A stretch of DNA of 64,000 nucleotides. Source: a virus. Its lineage: Duplodnaviria > Caudoviricetes. Below are positions 10,248 through 21,530 of the stretch, in pieces. The notes beneath the pieces were generated by a model. That model was not told the DNA's origin. It did not search any database and saw only the letters and a program-made list of their open reading frames with translations. The stretch's first letter is position 1; every line of letters begins with the position of its first letter. The translations under genes were made by a program, and so were the position numbers. The stretch spans positions 1 through 64,000 of the IMG/VR virus record IMGVR_UViG_3300029288_000085; one strand, 5' to 3'.

Positions 10248-10664
10248 ATGTGTAACAGAATACATGAGGATAGTATTGTACCAAAAAGAAAAAGTGGAAT
10301 TGGTTATAAGCTCTTCATCCCTAAAAATAGAAATTATCCTTCAAGTTATTATTCAATAATCATTAATACTCATTATAAGCAAGATGAAGATGGTTGGATT
10401 AGATGGGATAATTCACTTTTTTGTGAGGAGGTTTTACCAACTAATGTGAATTTAGGATTTTGCTTTTTCACATCTAAAAAAGAAGCTGAAAAGTCAAATC
10501 TTTTATGGAATAATAGACCTGGTCGTTATATTATATCGGACTTAGGTTTTACAGAAGTTCACAAGATACAATATAAAAAGGCATTTGCTAAACATATGGA
10601 ACCAGGGTTTATTAGCCCCTCTGTAAAAATATCTCTATGTAAAGAATTTAAGATTTTAGATTAA
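10248..10664 (+). CDS. Hypothetical protein, distant paralog of 18770 and 41194
   Basis: MC...GYKLF...GFCFFTSKKEA pattern. Confidence 0.45.
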   Translation: MCNRIHEDSIVPKRKSGIGYKLFIPKNRNYPSSYYSIIINTHYKQDEDGWIRWDNSLFCEEVLPTNVNLGFCFFTSKKEAEKSNLLWNNRPGRYIISDLGFTEVHKIQYKKAFAKHMEPGFISPSVKISLCKEFKILD

Positions 10665-10681
10665 GCAATTCAGGTGCTTAT

Positions 10682-11383
10682 ATGAAACAGCAAACCCTGT
10701 TTTCAGATGTACCTAGAACACCATCAGAACGTATTCTCCAATGTTGGAACGAAACATTTTCCAATAAGCGGGAGATAAAGAAACACACCAAAATAACCTC
10801 TAAAGTTCTAAAAGTAAAAAACAGATTAACTCTTGAATCATACTGGAAAACACTTGATAGTGTAATACAAGAAGCCTTCTTTCTCGGTTTCTCTGAGAAA
10901 GATCTGATTGAATCAATTACTAATTATAAATTAGTAATAGGAGATCCTAAGACTTATTATTACAGTGTTAATTGGGAATTGGCAAAGTTCATCTATTCAG
11001 GGTTGCATGGTGATTCTGGATTTGTGAAATTTCTGGGCAAAAACAAACCATTTGAGAAGTTACGTTATAGAAGAAAGAAAATAGACTTTCATCCTATTAC
11101 TGAAAAGTATGATCCACAAAAAGTGTTCAATGTGTTAACACAAACATATTTTGGTTTCCCTCTTGACAAAATAAAGAATTTCAAACTGAGAAAAAAATAT
11201 CTAGACAGTTTTCTGGACGAAAACCATAATGAATTGAACTTCACCTATTTTTGTGAACTTGAATTGCAGATTGCTGCATTTTTGTTCAATCATACAACTG
11301 AAGATTTTGAAAAGTATTTAGATCTTTGGGAAAAGAATAGGGATAAGTTTGCAGAGAAAGCAAAGAATAAACTTCGATTTTAA
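10682..11383 (+). CDS. Possible replication initiator/helicase-loader-like protein
   Basis: WN...T...GFS.KDL..SI.NY...W.L..FI pattern reminiscent of phage replication-protein C-terminal domains; lies upstream of the primase-helicase. Confidence 0.3.
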   Translation: MKQQTLFSDVPRTPSERILQCWNETFSNKREIKKHTKITSKVLKVKNRLTLESYWKTLDSVIQEAFFLGFSEKDLIESITNYKLVIGDPKTYYYSVNWELAKFIYSGLHGDSGFVKFLGKNKPFEKLRYRRKKIDFHPITEKYDPQKVFNVLTQTYFGFPLDKIKNFKLRKKYLDSFLDENHNELNFTYFCELELQIAAFLFNHTTEDFEKYLDLWEKNRDKFAEKAKNKLRF

Positions 11384-12541
11384 AAATTAGTAGTTTTACA
11401 AACTAAAAGGAGTGTAAATTATGAAAGGAAAAATTACGTCTGTAAAGATAGAAAATAAATTTAAGCCATTTATATTAGAACTTGAAATTGAAACTCTTCA
11501 AGAAGCTAGATTATTATATCATCTAGCTAATGCTCCGCACCTATTAGATGTTTTTAAGAAAGGAGTGGGAGGAGGGTGTTATGGTCTAAGAGATTATTCT
11601 GATGATATTGCAGAATCTTTTCATGGGTATATTTGGGAATTGATCAGTGATGAAATCAAAAAACAAGGTTTTACAATGTAAATTTTTTGATTAGAAAAAG
11701 GAGGAAACTATTATGATTACAGGGTGGGATATCTATTGGATTACAAGGTTGGATGCAATAAAGGGTCTTATCGTTGGATTTTTGACAATTACTATTCTAA
11801 TAATGATCGTACTAGCTGTAATTGTATATATATGTTGGGATGAATTTAATGAAGTGAGGCCACTTAAAAGAACGATTAAGATTATAACCCCACTTATTAT
11901 CTTTTTCGGTTTGAGTCTTGCTTTTATTCCTTCGACTAAAGAGTATGCTGCTATTTGGCTTATTCCAAAAGTTGCTAATAATGAACAAGTACAGAAGGTT
12001 CCAGACCAAGTATTGAGACTACTTAATCTAAAAGTAGAACAATGGATTAATGATATGACATCTTCAAAAGAGAAGAAGTAAAGAATAAACTAAGATGCTT
12101 CTAAAGCAAGGAGTTATAATATGGAAACTAAATATTATAAAATGTCCAAAGGATTAAAAATATCTACTATAGCTTGTTGGATTTTCCTAGTTTTAAATGC
12201 TAGTCTATTTTTAATACAGGTGTTTGATGGAAATTGGAGTGCTTTTATTAGTTATGGAGTAGTAATATTATTTATACTTATTCTATGGAATCATTATAAG
12301 ATATTTCTTCCAAAGATGGAATCATCAGCTAAACATCTATTTGAATTAAAAAATAGATTAAATAAAGGAATTTAATATGTTCAAGAATCTTCCTTGGTAT
12401 ATAAAGATTCCTCTTGTTCCATTTTTATATGTGGCATCTGTACTTGCTTTGTTCTTTATAGTAACACCACTAATATTTTTTGGTTATGAGGATAAAGCAC
12501 AGGAAGTGTTAGATTTCTTTAAATGGTAGGAATAGGAGATA

Positions 12542-13093
12542 ATGATGAGACGATATATGATGGAATTTGTACATCTTAGATGTGCTCCTGATCTATTATT
12601 AAATAAACTATTTCCTAATGCGAAGGAAATAACAGAAAGTATGGCGGCTTATAATGCTGTACGGTCACATATAATAGATAGATTTAATATCAGATATGAT
12701 GACGAAAATATAGCTCTTGTATGTGTGGGGGATGGTAGTACACCACGTACTGCTGCTTTGTTTGCTTTTAGGAGTAATTGGCAATGTTTTAGTATAGACC
12801 CTAAATTAAGAGATAAGGAATATGATATACGTAAATTGGTAATTCTCCGAAGACGAATTGAAGATGAGATTTTAGATTTGACCAAATATGATCAGGTATT
12901 AGTGGTGTTAGTTCATAGTCATGCAAAAATGTCTTCTGTTATAGAAAATATAAAAGCTAAAGTAAAGCATATAATTTCTATTCCTTGTTGTGTCCCACAT
13001 GATATAAAAAATATGACTTATTTAGGTTATCAAGATACCAATATTTGGTCTCCCAAAAATACAGTTAAAATATGGTATAATATTAGACAATAA
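12542..13093 (+). CDS. Rossmann-fold methyltransferase-like protein
   Basis: VCVGDGSTPRTA and SIDP motifs; SIPCC. Confidence 0.5.
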   Translation: MMRRYMMEFVHLRCAPDLLLNKLFPNAKEITESMAAYNAVRSHIIDRFNIRYDDENIALVCVGDGSTPRTAALFAFRSNWQCFSIDPKLRDKEYDIRKLVILRRRIEDEILDLTKYDQVLVVLVHSHAKMSSVIENIKAKVKHIISIPCCVPHDIKNMTYLGYQDTNIWSPKNTVKIWYNIRQ

Positions 13094-13296
13094 GAGGAGT
13101 AATGGATGACAAAAACCAGTAGTACCCCTAATAATGAGAATGTTATGGAAATGGGGATAGACATTAACTATTTACTAGCCCACTTGAAGGAACGATGTTT
13201 AGAAAGAATGAAAACTGATGAATATTGTATGAAGAGTTGTCCTTTTCAACCTTATATGCAAATCCTAGTTGAAGTAGGAGAAATGGATGAGGATAT

Positions 13297-13722
13297 ATGA
13301 AAACAATAAAAGTTAGAGCATGGCATACAAGACTTAAGAAAATGTTTTCAGCAGAAGAAATGGCAGAAGATCAAATGTGCCTTTTACCCACTGGAAAATT
13401 TATTAATATTCATCCTAATCCAAAATTATCAGTAATTGACGAAGCTGATGTTATGATGCCTCTTTTGTTTACAGGTCGTCATGATAAGAATAATAAGGAA
13501 ATTTATGAAGGGGATAGAGTAAAAACACTTTATAATCATCCGTTCAAATTTGAAAATGAAGCTCCTTGGATAGAAGGAGAAATTGAATATTCTCATGGTG
13601 AGTGGATGATTGATTATCCTACTCACGGAGTAAGTATACCTCTTGCTGTCTACTATGTAGCAGATAATATTGAAGTTGTTGGAAACATTTATGAAAATGA
13701 GGATTTATTGAGTGGATCTTGA
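13297..13722 (+). CDS. YopX-family protein
   Basis: KVRAW...FTGRHDKNNKEIYEGD...EVVGNIYEN. Confidence 0.85.
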   Translation: MKTIKVRAWHTRLKKMFSAEEMAEDQMCLLPTGKFINIHPNPKLSVIDEADVMMPLLFTGRHDKNNKEIYEGDRVKTLYNHPFKFENEAPWIEGEIEYSHGEWMIDYPTHGVSIPLAVYYVADNIEVVGNIYENEDLLSGS

Positions 13723-15412
13723 TATTGTTGGTTATCTTAATGAAAAAAGTCTAGTTCATAAAATATCTGGAAAAGAAGCAATCTTAGTTTGCCCTAACTG
13801 TGGAAAGGAGAAGTTATATATAAATATACAGACAGGGGCTTATCATTGCTTCAGATGTGAAGTGATGGAACCGGGAAACGCTTTTGCAAAAGGCCACTTC
13901 TCTAAAATAATGGAATTCTTTGGTGATATATTGCCAATTAAATCTTTTGCTGAGAGGTTAGATATACAAAAGCCTGAACTAGACTTCACAGCACTTGCTG
14001 ATAACTTACATTCAACTATATTTGAGAATAAGAAAGCACTTCGATATTTGACACAACGAGGCTTTACTGAAGATACAATAAGAATGTTCAAATTAGGGTA
14101 TCTTTATAGATATAATCAGGATTGGGTTTCTATACCCGCATATGAAAACGGTGTATGTAAACTACTTAAATACAGACAAATACCTCCAGAAATTAACATG
14201 GATAAATACATAAGGGAACCTGGAGGAAAGACGATACTTTTTAATGGTGATTGTCTTAATGATTATGATGAAATCTATTTATGTGAAGGAGAATTTGATT
14301 GTATTGCTCTTATTCAAAATGGATATGATAATGCAGTAACTGGAACTGCCGGTGCTGGTTCATTATTACCAGAATATTATGATAAACTGATTACTAAAAG
14401 TAAAATCACCTTGATTCTAGATTCAGATCCAGTTGGACAAAATGCTGCTAGAGACACATGGGCAACAAGATTAGGGTTAAATAGATGTTGGAATGTTCTG
14501 CTCCCCGAAGGATATGATATAAATCAATTCTTGATTGATAAATCAAAGGATGACTTTGATAAAGTCATAAAGAATGCAAAGCAGTTTAAGATAGATGGGA
14601 TTTACTCACTTAATGAGGCTCTTTATGAATTATATCGTAAATCTAAAGGAGAAATAGTTGAAAAATATTCATTACCTTGGAATAATGTTAATAAATTGTT
14701 AGGGGGTGGTCTATCAAGAACTCATTTAACTGTATTAGGAGGAATTTCAGGGGCGGGAAAAACTAGTATGGCATTGCAAGTAGCATATCATTTTGCAATA
14801 GTACATAATATACCATCTTTATTTTATTGCATGGAAATGATGCCTGAGATGCTAGCAATGAAGATTATTCAAATGCATTATAATCAACCATTTGATTCAG
14901 TAAACTTATCTGAATGTCTGACTGCTGCTGAGGAACTGAAAGATCTACAAACGTATTTTGGATTTTCAAGTAAGGTAAATCCAGCAAACTTCTATAATAC
15001 TGTGAGATTGGCGAGAGATAGATTAGGAATAGGATTAGTTGTATTTGATAATATTCAAAGGTTATGTCGAACTGGTGAAGAACATATAATGGCACAAGCA
15101 TCAGGCGTATTCAAAGATATAGCTATGGATTTCAATGTAATGATGCTTCTGATATCTCAACCAAGAAAAAGAAATTCGGAAGCTGCACCTACCTACGATG
15201 ATTTGAAAGGTAGTTCAGCTATTTTTCAAGATTCAGATGAAACCATTCTAATTCATAGAATACGTGAGTTTTCAGATGAAGGTAATTCTTCATTTCAGTC
15301 TAAAACACAGGTTATAGTAGATAAGAGTCGATTCTCAGCAGGCGGGAGAACTGAATTGGAGTTTTTAGGAGACCTTAGTAAATTCATAGAAAAGGAGAAT
15401 AAAAATGACTAG
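13712..15412 (+). CDS. Primase-helicase (Zn finger + TOPRIM + DnaB-like)
   Basis: CPNC/CFRC; CEGEFD and LDSD TOPRIM motifs; GISGAGKT Walker A; SQP and LKGSS. Confidence 0.92.
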   Translation: MDLDIVGYLNEKSLVHKISGKEAILVCPNCGKEKLYINIQTGAYHCFRCEVMEPGNAFAKGHFSKIMEFFGDILPIKSFAERLDIQKPELDFTALADNLHSTIFENKKALRYLTQRGFTEDTIRMFKLGYLYRYNQDWVSIPAYENGVCKLLKYRQIPPEINMDKYIREPGGKTILFNGDCLNDYDEIYLCEGEFDCIALIQNGYDNAVTGTAGAGSLLPEYYDKLITKSKITLILDSDPVGQNAARDTWATRLGLNRCWNVLLPEGYDINQFLIDKSKDDFDKVIKNAKQFKIDGIYSLNEALYELYRKSKGEIVEKYSLPWNNVNKLLGGGLSRTHLTVLGGISGAGKTSMALQVAYHFAIVHNIPSLFYCMEMMPEMLAMKIIQMHYNQPFDSVNLSECLTAAEELKDLQTYFGFSSKVNPANFYNTVRLARDRLGIGLVVFDNIQRLCRTGEEHIMAQASGVFKDIAMDFNVMMLLISQPRKRNSEAAPTYDDLKGSSAIFQDSDETILIHRIREFSDEGNSSFQSKTQVIVDKSRFSAGGRTELEFLGDLSKFIEKENKND

Positions 15413-16051
15413 ATTAAATTCTTATCCAGAAAAACTCACTAAGACACAATATGTAAATCGGTTAATTAAGATGCTTAATAATAAGTCTGGTCTTAGACCT
15501 TGTGGCATATGCCCAATAACTATGAAAGATGAAGTTGTATCTTGGGTTTCTAATGCAAGGCAAATGTGTGGTATGTGTAATGATTTCGTTGGATTAGAAC
15601 TTCGTATTGTCTTGGTGAATTCAGGATGGATTAGTGGGAACTGTCCTTGTGTTAGATTAGGACCAAAAAAGGCTATAAATCGTGCTAAGGAATATCTTGA
15701 ACGATGGATTCAAGGAACACATCATTGGCAAAAGAAAGGAACTAAGAAATGAAAAAAGCAACGACAAAAGAATTTGTGAAACGTCTTACTGAAATGTTAG
15801 ATAAAGTGACGAAGTCTAAGAAGAAGATAGGGTATTTTTGTCCTGGGCATAAGATGTATCAATATACACATAATGATTCCGGTTTTGGTTATGCTAAACC
15901 AGTTGATAATTTAGATAGAGGTGACTGGTGTAGTGTCTGTAGGCATTTTATGAGATTAGATTTTAGGGATGCTTGCCCTTGTTCTAAATATGGGAAAAAT
16001 GCTGCTAGAGAAGCAAGAAAACGTATTGAGGAATATGGCAAGCAGACCTGA
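15405..16051 (+). CDS. Two tandem paralogous Cys-rich proteins (15405-15752, 15749-16051)
   Basis: Both carry VxRLxxML...CP...CxxC..F..L...CPC...G.(K/N).A. Confidence 0.55.
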
Positions 16052-16551
16052 ACTAGTTTCAATGTGTATTGAATTAGGAATTGATTGGAGTGGCATGTCT
16101 ATCGAGGAAATGAAATCTGAAATTAGGACAACTGCTGATAAAATATTTAGGTCTAAAAAGATTCATCATAGTGGTGATAAACTATCTTATGCACTCAAAA
16201 GGTTTTTAACTGAAGAATACGATTTTATTATTAAAGATGTAACTGGTAAGAAGATCAAACTTTAAGGGGGATCTGCATGTACAAAATAAAATATTCAATT
16301 GGTGGATATGAAGGAAACCAATTGGAATCAGTAGTATCAGCAATAATAAAAAATGCAATAGATGATCACCGCACTAATGAACTGGAGGAGATTTGTATTG
16401 CTACTCTCATCAGTCTTAATGCAGTAAACCTTAAGAAGTATTGTCCAAAGGATAAAATATGAGCATATTAGATAAAATATGGTGTCTTTATATTGGAATA
16501 ATTATTGGATTAATCATTATATTTATACGATATCTGATAGGAGGATAGAGT

Positions 16552-17529
16552 ATGCTTTCTACTTTGAAGTTTCTCCGCAATGCTGCGGAGAATGTTAATC
16601 ATCCAGTTTATGCACAATATGTTAATTCAAATGGTTCTGTACTGCGAACTTGTAATGATGCTAATTATATGGAAATTGCATATAAAGCACCGTGGAAAGG
16701 TTCCGTTAATATTTTTATTCTTATTGATATTCTCAGCAAATTGACTGAAGAGGTAGAGTTTGTTGATAGTGAAAATGATCTTCATATCCAATCTGGAAGA
16801 TTTAAGTCTGATTTGATTATTGCAAATATGCAATTTCCTACATTTCTTCAACCTGAAATGGAATCTTCTATTAAATTAGATAATGATTTGGTAGAAGTGT
16901 TGAAGCAAGGTATTAAATATGTAGGTAAAGGAAATCTTTCACCTTTGTATATAGACGCACATGGGATATGTGTTACTGATGGAGCAAGGATGTTCATTCA
17001 TAATCATAAATTTGATCTTCCAAAACCTATTTCAATGAACACAAAAGTTCTATCAATATTAGGTGAGGAAAATAAAATAACTTCAGATAAGTTTGGTAAT
17101 ATAGTTGTTGGATATCTAGGAGGTTTTGGGAAATTTAGAACTGATCCTGTAGATTTTTATCCTATTGATAAGATAAGAGAATTTGTCAAGCACAGTTCTG
17201 AAAATATTGAGAAGTTATGTAATGTTGCAACTTTATTAGATAGTGTTGAAAAGTTAAGTCCTGTTCTATATGGTGAAAGTAATACTTTTATTAGTATACT
17301 TAATAATAATAAGACTTTACGCATTCAAGCTGAATCTCTTGTGAATGGAAGTGCAGAATTGATCTTCACTTCTGAGTTACAAACTACATTTTCTATGAAT
17401 TTAGACCTGAAGTTCCTAAAAGGTATAACATTTGATTTTGATGTCTTTATTAATAAAGATAGACAAGATAGGCTTTATCTTAAGAATAACACCGGAAGTG
17501 AGATTGTATTGATGGGGGCAAGTGAGTAG
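16552..17529 (+). CDS. Divergent DnaN-like sliding clamp
   Basis: ~325 aa; 'VTDGARM' resembles the ATDGxRL motif; replication context with a clamp loader. Confidence 0.5.
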   Translation: MLSTLKFLRNAAENVNHPVYAQYVNSNGSVLRTCNDANYMEIAYKAPWKGSVNIFILIDILSKLTEEVEFVDSENDLHIQSGRFKSDLIIANMQFPTFLQPEMESSIKLDNDLVEVLKQGIKYVGKGNLSPLYIDAHGICVTDGARMFIHNHKFDLPKPISMNTKVLSILGEENKITSDKFGNIVVGYLGGFGKFRTDPVDFYPIDKIREFVKHSSENIEKLCNVATLLDSVEKLSPVLYGESNTFISILNNNKTLRIQAESLVNGSAELIFTSELQTTFSMNLDLKFLKGITFDFDVFINKDRQDRLYLKNNTGSEIVLMGASE

Positions 17530-17995
17530 GGGAATAGGAGAAAATTATGTCTGAAGTAGACCAGAGATTTTTTCATAGTGAACATCGTTCAAAAATGATG
17601 GCGGAGATTGAATTGGCTAGATTAACAGGAGAAAGCCCAAATTTTTATTGCCCATATACAATGAAAACTTGTCTTCCAAGTTGCTTCTGTTCAATATGGC
17701 CTTGTATGGTGGAGCGGGAATTCTCAAAAGAGGGAACCATATATCATGTTTATGGTTATAACTGTAGTAATTGTTCATTTATAGGAGATAGGCAATGATT
17801 TGTGAGAGCTGTAAAATTTTTATAGCAAATGGAGTATGTACTGCTTATTCTGAAGCTGGAATGAAACATTGGGATAAACTTGGTTTTTGTACTGTTGGTA
17901 ATGTGGGATTAGAAAAAACTGAAGAACAAAGGAAGACAAGGGTTGGGCAACAAAAGAGTATTAAAATAAAAAAGAAAAAATGAAAGGAGATTATT

Positions 17996-18235
17996 ATGAA
18001 AAGTCTAATTATTTTAATTGCTGTGGTTTTTAGTTTTGGTTGTGCAACTTCTATGAGGAATACTAGTCCTGCGTATGAAAGTGATAAATTTGACTGTGAA
18101 ATGATGTGTACAAATTATGCTTCATCTTTTACCAGCCCCTCCTTTAGTATGGGTTCAGCAGCAGGTTCTGGTATTGCAATGGGATTGATTGCAGGTGATT
18201 GTATTAATAAGTGCATGAGAGTGAGGGGATGGTAA
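17996..18235 (+). CDS. Small lipoprotein
   Basis: SFGC lipobox; C-terminal CMRVRGW. Confidence 0.6.
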   Translation: MKSLIILIAVVFSFGCATSMRNTSPAYESDKFDCEMMCTNYASSFTSPSFSMGSAAGSGIAMGLIAGDCINKCMRVRGW

Positions 18236-18261
18236 CAGAAATTTATTAAAGGAGAGAAATA

Positions 18262-18756
18262 ATGTCTGATTATCCTTTAGTTCCAATTAATGAATCTCTA
18301 TCTTTATCTGGGTTGAAAAATGTTTTTGAGAAGATTATTGCTCTTGGCCAGCAGGATGAAATTTGTGCTAAAAGTCTTCAATTAAGTCAAGAGATGAGTC
18401 TTAAAACTAATGGTAATACAAAAAATAATGTTGTACAAATACAAAGTGTAATCATAGCTACACCTATAATGAATGTTGCAAATGATATTTTAAGTAAGAT
18501 TAATTCACTAAGATCTAACCCAGATGATTATAAGACTTTTCTAGAGAATGAACTTTTTAAATGTTATATGGATTTAGATATTCCACTTATAAAGGCAAAG
18601 AAGAGAGTTGGTGAAGGGTATACAAAGTTTGTCGTGGGAAAGTTGGATGGTATAATAAAAGCAGCAAGATTCTTGAAAGTGACTCGTGGGTATATATCCA
18701 AATTATATAATCACCCCTCTGAAGAATGTGAAGTATTAATCCCAGAAATAGTTTAA
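18262..18756 (+). CDS. Protein with C-terminal Fis/NtrC-like HTH
   Basis: KAARFLKVTRGYISKL. Confidence 0.4.
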   Translation: MSDYPLVPINESLSLSGLKNVFEKIIALGQQDEICAKSLQLSQEMSLKTNGNTKNNVVQIQSVIIATPIMNVANDILSKINSLRSNPDDYKTFLENELFKCYMDLDIPLIKAKKRVGEGYTKFVVGKLDGIIKAARFLKVTRGYISKLYNHPSEECEVLIPEIV

Positions 18757-18769
18757 AGGAGGAATTGTT

Positions 18770-19165
18770 ATGTGTTTAAATAAGGTATTTTCTGTACCAC
18801 CAAAAAGATTTTTAACTAAAAGAGTTGGATATAAAGTATTTGCGAAATCTATTGATGGATTAACAGGAGTATTTACAACAGGGGATCTTGTCAGACCTAC
18901 AGAAAAATGGATAGACGAAAAAGATTTTAGATTTAGAAAGGATCAAAAGACTCTTTTGCCTACATATGGTGAAAAAAGATATCCTACAGGTTGGCATATC
19001 TATTTAAGTAGAGAGGATGCAAGATTCTACAAAGGAATTAATAATACTTTTAGTCGTCCTTTAATTATAAAGAAAGTTTTATTTAGAAATCCTATAGTAT
19101 ATGGGGAACAGGGTAGCAATGTTGTAGTTGCAAGGGAAATATTTATAACTAATGATAAAGTGTAG
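18770..19165 (+). CDS. Hypothetical protein, paralog of 41194-41574
   Basis: RPxEKWIDEKDF...YPTGWHIxLSR shared. Confidence 0.7.
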   Translation: MCLNKVFSVPPKRFLTKRVGYKVFAKSIDGLTGVFTTGDLVRPTEKWIDEKDFRFRKDQKTLLPTYGEKRYPTGWHIYLSREDARFYKGINNTFSRPLIIKKVLFRNPIVYGEQGSNVVVAREIFITNDKV

Positions 19166-21515
19166 TCGTTGTCGATTATCTAACAAGCAAGTAAATTGTG
19201 TTCCCTATTTTGGGTCTGAACATCCTGAAGTATTATTTTGTGGGGAAATGTTTGGGTCAAATGAAGCTGAGAACTATCTTCTTACAGATGAAGCTAAATG
19301 TTTTGTGGGGGAGGCAGGAAAGAAATTTGATGAACTGTTAACTCTTGCTGGATTTAATCGTGATAGCATAGGTATTACCAATGTAATGAGATGTTATCAA
19401 CATGGAAATCCTACGCCCACTAAATCCGAGTTAGATACTTGCTTTATCTATCTTTTGAGAGATATAAATCGACTTAAACCGAAGTTAATAGTGGCAATGG
19501 GGGGGTCTGCTCTATACGCTACTACTAATAAAACAGGTATTGAGCAATATAGAGGATTGCTTCTTCAATCTGAAAAAATACCATATAGGGTCTTCCCAAC
19601 TTTTCATCCTGCTGCTTGCTTGTATGATAAAAGCAAATGGGAGATTCTAGTCGAAGATTTTAAGAAGATTAAGAGCCAGATTATTGCGAATATTCATACA
19701 ATAAGACACTACAAGTATAAAGTGATAGATAGTGTAGAAGAAGTAAGGAGAATATTTCCTACAATACATTCAATCAAGTTTGATACTGAATCAACAGGAT
19801 TGTCTCCTTATAAAGATGATCTAAGAATATTACAGTTAGGTGGAGATGATGACAGTATAATTTATCTTCTTGAAGAAGATTTCATACCGAAAGTTAGAAA
19901 TGAGTTAGAAGAATTATTTAACAGGTGTGAAGTTAGTGGCCAAACATATGAACATGATGTAAAGATGATATGTGTAAAGCATGGTATATTTCCAAAAAAA
20001 TGGGGGCATGATACATGCCTTGCTGAATATGCTTTGCATGGCACTGGTAGCAATGATCTTACTGCTTTAACCTCTAAATACAATAGAGAATCAGCAGGGT
20101 ATGATGATGAAATAAATAAAGTTGGTGGTGCTCACAAAATCTTTGATAAAGGAATATTATATCAATATGGGGCAGATGATGTAGGAACACTCTACCCTAT
20201 AATAAGAGCACAGAAAAAGAAATTAGAAGAGAGAGGCTTAACGTGGTTTTATGAAAATATAATGATTCCTACTAATAGGATTCTCACAAAAATGAGTCTT
20301 AGGGGTGTAACCTATGATTTGGATAAGTTGTGGAAAGTTGATGAGATTTATAGAAAACGAGCGGATAGGGCTTTGTTGAAAGCTATCAGTTTAGAGTGTG
20401 TGAAAGAATGTGAAAAGCATTTTAGAAAAACATTTAATCCAAGATCATCTGATATGGTAAGGTGGATAATAATAGATTATTATAAGTTGCCAATGTTACA
20501 AGAAACAGATGCAGGAAAAGCAAGTATTGGCCAAGAGGAAATGAAAAGATATGTTGAAGAATATGATAATGAATATTGTAAGATAATGGAGGATTATAGA
20601 TCATATCAAGTTATAAGAGATAATTTTCTAAGTGGGGTTGTTCCAAAATTAGTTGGAAATGTAGCCTTGACACGCTATAGTCTACATGCTACAAATAGTG
20701 GAAGACCAAATAGCAAAGATCCAAATCTACTTAATATACCAAGAGAAAAGATAGTAAGGGGGTGTATTGTAGCAAGACCTGGGTATAAATTTGTAGCGGG
20801 GGATCAATCTCAACTAGAAGTACGATGTGCTGCTATGAAAGCAGTATATAATGAACCTAGATTAAGAGATATATGCAATGATTTTGATAAGGATAGTCAT
20901 TCTGCAATTACCGCACAAGCTTTTAAGAAAACATATGAAGAAGTATATAATGGATATAAAAGTGGTGATGTAGCAATGACTGAATTAAGAGTAAAAGGAA
21001 AGGCAACGATGTTCGGGATTGTATATCAGGAAGGCCCATCCAAATTGTCGTATCAACTAAAGATTCCAAAAGAAGAAGCTTATGAGTTTATAAATGGATT
21101 CTATGATAAATTCCCAGATTTACGTAAAAATATAGATGCTACAAAGCAACTTCTTATTGAACAAGGATTTTTAGAAAATTATTTCAAACGTAGACGAACA
21201 TGGCATGATCATAAGCCAGATGACCACAAATCTCAGAGGGAGGGGGTTAATCATTTAGTGCAAAGTTTAGCTTGGGATATTGAAGCTTTATCATTAATAA
21301 GCCTTGATAAGATATATGAAGGACAGAATATGAAATCAGGGTTAGTATTACAGGTTTATGATAGTATAGTTACTGAAGCAAAAGATGAAGAAGTTAATGA
21401 TGTTTCTGCGATAATGAAAGAAACTATGCAAAATATCAATAAACCTTTTAGTGGTATTAATGATGTAAGATTAAAGGTTGATATTAAAGTAGGAGAGGAT
21501 CTATCAGAAGTATAA
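19152..21515 (+). CDS. polA: Family A DNA polymerase with N-terminal family-4 UDG-like domain and 3'-5' exonuclease
   Basis: CSRC...GEMFG...NVMRC...FHPAA; FDTESTGL; SGRPNSKDPNLLNIP; DQSQLE, KATMFGIVY, QVYDS. Confidence 0.93.
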   Translation: MIKCSRCRLSNKQVNCVPYFGSEHPEVLFCGEMFGSNEAENYLLTDEAKCFVGEAGKKFDELLTLAGFNRDSIGITNVMRCYQHGNPTPTKSELDTCFIYLLRDINRLKPKLIVAMGGSALYATTNKTGIEQYRGLLLQSEKIPYRVFPTFHPAACLYDKSKWEILVEDFKKIKSQIIANIHTIRHYKYKVIDSVEEVRRIFPTIHSIKFDTESTGLSPYKDDLRILQLGGDDDSIIYLLEEDFIPKVRNELEELFNRCEVSGQTYEHDVKMICVKHGIFPKKWGHDTCLAEYALHGTGSNDLTALTSKYNRESAGYDDEINKVGGAHKIFDKGILYQYGADDVGTLYPIIRAQKKKLEERGLTWFYENIMIPTNRILTKMSLRGVTYDLDKLWKVDEIYRKRADRALLKAISLECVKECEKHFRKTFNPRSSDMVRWIIIDYYKLPMLQETDAGKASIGQEEMKRYVEEYDNEYCKIMEDYRSYQVIRDNFLSGVVPKLVGNVALTRYSLHATNSGRPNSKDPNLLNIPREKIVRGCIVARPGYKFVAGDQSQLEVRCAAMKAVYNEPRLRDICNDFDKDSHSAITAQAFKKTYEEVYNGYKSGDVAMTELRVKGKATMFGIVYQEGPSKLSYQLKIPKEEAYEFINGFYDKFPDLRKNIDATKQLLIEQGFLENYFKRRRTWHDHKPDDHKSQREGVNHLVQSLAWDIEALSLISLDKIYEGQNMKSGLVLQVYDSIVTEAKDEEVNDVSAIMKETMQNINKPFSGINDVRLKVDIKVGEDLSEV

Positions 21516-21530
21516 AGGAGAATGCTTTAG

